Assembly (NCBI GenBank): GCA_039190745.1
Contig: JBCCXZ010000004.1
Coordinates: 55,698-119,697 of the forward strand
Source: Planctomycetota bacterium
GTDB taxonomy: Bacteria > Planctomycetota > Planctomycetia > Pirellulales > Lacipirellulaceae
Direction: 5' to 3'
DNA length: 64,000 nucleotides
In this document: in pieces, positions 61,473-64,000 of the stretch
Numbering within the stretch: position 1 is the first letter of the stretch
How the letters are laid out: every line of letters starts with the position of its first letter
Position numbers and translations under genes: made by a program
Notes under the pieces: model-generated
Seen by the model: only the letters and a program-made list of their open reading frames with translations
The model's database searches: none
What the model was told of the DNA's origin: nothing

Positions 61473-61789
61473 CATCCCGCCGCCTCCCACTCCGTCCGAT
61501 CCACAACCGCCTCGTTCGTCAGCCGCACCGTGCCGAGGATCGGCAGCGTCCGCCGGATCACACTCGCCTTCCCGTCGACCCGCTCCGCGTAGCCCTTCCG
61601 CCTGGCCTCGTCCAAATGGCGTTTGACCGCGTTGACGTGGATGCCGCCCATCTCCTGGCCGATCTCGCGTAGCGACGGCCCACGCCGGTTCCGCTTCCAT
61701 AGCGACCGCACCGCGGCCAGCAAGTCGGCCTGCCTGTCGGTCGTCATCCGCCACTCCAATTCGTGCTTCTTCATGCGGGGTACGCGCAT
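61469..61789 (-). CDS. LexA-like DNA-binding domain protein lacking the peptidase domain
   Basis: TDRQADLL...GPSLREIG...AVKRHLDEARRKGY and PILGTV match the LexA N-terminal wHTH and linker. Confidence 0.8.
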   Translation of the reverse strand: MRVPRMKKHELEWRMTTDRQADLLAAVRSLWKRNRRGPSLREIGQEMGGIHVNAVKRHLDEARRKGYAERVDGKASVIRRTLPILGTVRLTNEAVVDRTEWEAAGC

Positions 61790-62413
61790 ACCTTCCTCGC
61801 AGTTGTCTAACGGGGACTTTCGAAACTAAGACCTCTGGCCCGCAGCGAACGCTGCTAGGCCAGGAACAGAAAACCTACAACTCCTGCACAGCGGATACTG
61901 TACATATATGCAGTTTTCTTGCAATCACTCCACTACATCCCGTGCCTGCTGCTCCCGAGACGCCGCAAGCGTCTCCAAAAACCCGCAAGAACCGCCGTTG
62001 TTGTTCAGGTTTTTTTGCACGGCGGCTCGCCGTTGAGGAACTCGCGTCGGGCCGGCCGCTCTTCGATCTCGGCCACCGCATACGTCGGCGGCGTGATCGA
62101 TTAGGCGAGTCGGCTGCTCTGAATTCTTCGGGCACGTCGAGGGCCACAGAGGCTTGCGTCAGGGCGAAAAACGGCGTTACTCGAAAAGTAGCCGGTTGTC
62201 GATCTGTGGCCAGTGGGTGGTAATACCCCAGGCGTCGCTCAATGAATCGAGGCGCCTAACTTAGGTTAGCACAATACTCATGCCATTTGCGCAAGTCGTT
62301 GAGCGTCGGTTGGGAGGTGAGCACAATGCTCAAGTTATCCACCGTTTGGCGATTTCCGTGAGCGGGTTCTGTCGATAACTTTTGGGGTAAGTGAGAGTTT
62401 TTTTCACAAAAAA

Positions 62414-62923
62414 ATGCGTGATTTCTTTTCTGAGGAAGCCTGGTGGGACGGCTTTTCCTTCCGTTGCTTAGTGGGTTCTGGCGGTAAGTTGTTGCGGTGC
62501 GAGTCGCACCCCGACGCTGTTGGGTCCGAAATTGCTGAGCTCTGCTGGGACCAGCGGAGCACTCAATCGGTTCTAACCGCCTACAAGCAAGCCTACTGTT
62601 ACGAGTCCACTGTGGGCGGGGTATCCGCCACGATCCGGCTAGCCAGCGGAGAGCCCAGGACGGTGCTCATGCGGTTCGATTGGCTGGCGCTCGGAGTGGT
62701 CCAAGTCGAGGCCTTCCGCGAGCTGCCAGGCATCGTCGAGGGTGACGCGGAGATGCTGCTGGCGATGATGCGGCGGCGGGGGAAGGTCGGGGCGGTCGCA
62801 AAGGACCTGGGCTGGGCCTACTCGACCGTGACACGACGGATGAGAGAGATCCGGGAGACAATGGGCGCGGACAGCAACTGCGAAGTGCTGCTGGTGATGA
62901 GCCTGGCGGGGGTCTTTCAGTAG
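62414..62923 (+). CDS. Putative transcriptional regulator with C-terminal HTH
   Basis: VGAVAKDLGWAYSTVTRRMREIRETMG HTH (LuxR/LysR-like). Confidence 0.65.
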   Translation: MRDFFSEEAWWDGFSFRCLVGSGGKLLRCESHPDAVGSEIAELCWDQRSTQSVLTAYKQAYCYESTVGGVSATIRLASGEPRTVLMRFDWLALGVVQVEAFRELPGIVEGDAEMLLAMMRRRGKVGAVAKDLGWAYSTVTRRMREIRETMGADSNCEVLLVMSLAGVFQ

Positions 62924-62989
62924 GCCGGAAAGCTGGTAGGGTGCGGCGGTGCAATAAACCCGCCACTCACACCCTTGTGGGCTAACTCC

Positions 62990-63532
62990 GTGAATCGTCC
63001 CCATTGCTGGGCTCTGCTCGCCGCCCTCAGCCTCGCCTCTCTCACGCAGGCCGCAAACGACCCCGACATCATCCACGGCTTGGTCACCGGCGTCTCAGAC
63101 GGCGACACGTGCCGCGTGAGGCTCGACGACGGCCGAGAGGTCCGCATCCGCTTCTACGGCGTCGACACGCCAGAGCACGCCTTCCCCGGCAACTGGGGCG
63201 AACAACCCCATGCGGACCGGGCCGAGCAGTTCACCAACGGCCTACTCTACGGCGAGAAGGTCACGGTGCGGATGCGGATGCGCGTGGTCGACGGGGAACT
63301 CAAGTGGCAGAAGACCGGCAGCCGGTTCGTAGGCGAGGTCTTTATTTGCGGGCAGAGCGTGTCCCGGCTCATCGTGCGTCACGGCCACGGGTGGTGGTTC
63401 AAGGGCTTTGCCGAGGACGACGAAGACTTGCAGGAGCTAGCTGCGGCTGCCAAGCGGGAGAAGCGGGGGCTGTGGGTCACCGGGCAGGCGGTGGCACCGG
63501 CTCGGTGGCGGTCTGAGGGGATGGGACGGTGA
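62990..63532 (+). CDS. Secreted thermonuclease (SNase-like)
   Basis: Signal peptide; VSDGDT, IRFYGVDTPE, AKREKRGLW. Confidence 0.88.
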   Translation: MNRPHCWALLAALSLASLTQAANDPDIIHGLVTGVSDGDTCRVRLDDGREVRIRFYGVDTPEHAFPGNWGEQPHADRAEQFTNGLLYGEKVTVRMRMRVVDGELKWQKTGSRFVGEVFICGQSVSRLIVRHGHGWWFKGFAEDDEDLQELAAAAKREKRGLWVTGQAVAPARWRSEGMGR

Positions 63533-63590
63533 GGGGGAGCCGCCATCGGCTATACTTACTCCCGCCACACCCCCGACAAAGGATGTTAGC

Positions 63591-63845
63591 ATGATCGCGC
63601 GATTCATCGGCGGGCCTCTCGACGGCAAGCGGGAACAGACGGACGAGGCGCCCGCGATGCGGCTCTTCGGAAGCCTTGCACCCAACCCATGCTCTGGCGA
63701 CTTAACAAGACTGCACATCTACACCTTGGACTGTTGTGGCGGCAATAAAGCCGGCCATGCGACCTATCGCCACCAAGGGCCCGCAACGATTGAGGTAGGC
63801 TATGGGCCGCCTGGAGGAGGAAGCTGTTACGCAGCCGATTGCTAG
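63591..63845 (+). CDS. Small phage-type hypothetical protein
   Basis: AAGGA RBS; FIGGPLDG N-terminal motif common in small phage proteins. Confidence 0.55.
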   Translation: MIARFIGGPLDGKREQTDEAPAMRLFGSLAPNPCSGDLTRLHIYTLDCCGGNKAGHATYRHQGPATIEVGYGPPGGGSCYAADC

Positions 63846-64000
63846 CCCTCCACCACCCCCAGCACCTTCCCGTCCAGGGACACCGCACAGTCCCGCCCGT
63901 CGTGCTGGTCCCAGTGCCAGCCGCCGGGGCCCCACCGGTCGTTGGCGGCACGCTCCAGGGCGTCCTGCCAGTCCCAGGTGGCGTCGATCGGGCCTAGGTC
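63842..64000 (-). CDS. 3' end of a hypothetical protein entering from beyond the window
   Basis: Open frame DLGPIDATWDWQDALERAANDRWG...GKVLGVVEG* convergent with 63591-63845. Confidence 0.4.
   Translation of the reverse strand, partial: DLGPIDATWDWQDALERAANDRWGPGGWHWDQHDGRDCAVSLDGKVLGVVEG

Larger units (their letters stand above)
59295..64000. mobile_element. Left arm of a prophage/integrative element at tRNA-Ser (continues beyond the window)
   Basis: Integrase abutting the tRNA 3' end, xis-like gene, LexA-like and HTH regulators, small phage-like ORFs, atypical composition. Confidence 0.85.

Noticed and set aside
62326..62361. 11-aa ORF after GGAGGTG, and a DnaA-box-like TTATCCACC
   Set aside because: Too short to support; the start lies within the operator-like palindrome and a single 8/9 box is expected by chance.

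Overview
High-GC bacterial chromosome segment, most likely a planctomycete of the Pirellulales/Lacipirellulaceae type. This is inferred from the DUF1559 prepilin protein, PEP-CTERM proteins with D-x-D-x-D-G-D-V-D repeats, a DWG-type Ser/Thr kinase and planctomycete-style integrases. About 1-34 kb is mostly core housekeeping (recG, rnhA, priA, nadD, PduO-type adenosyltransferase, glnB-glnD, mutM, trpBA, ABC components, a DAC-domain protein), punctuated by nested palindromic intergenic elements built from 8-9-nt periodic units. 34.9-45.3 kb is a surface/secreted cluster (two EEP-family phosphoesterases, PEP-CTERM proteins, DUF1559, TadE/TadG). A decayed ~1.4-kb island lies at tRNA-Arg(CCG): it has an integrase stub, a Zn-ribbon/superinfection-immunity-like gene and a displaced tRNA 3' half whose T-stem differs by compensatory changes. 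Next come a fasciclin/ECF sigma/RskA module with a SigK-like promoter and a DUF4914-like protein that carries, in order, motifs matching the catalytic motifs of PEP carboxykinase (best candidate for an uncharacterised function). From 59.3 kb to the window end is the left arm of a prophage-like element at tRNA-Ser(CGA) (integrase, xis-like, LexA-like DNA-binding domain with an SOS-box-like site, thermonuclease). All calls come from reading motifs by eye; no database searches were run.
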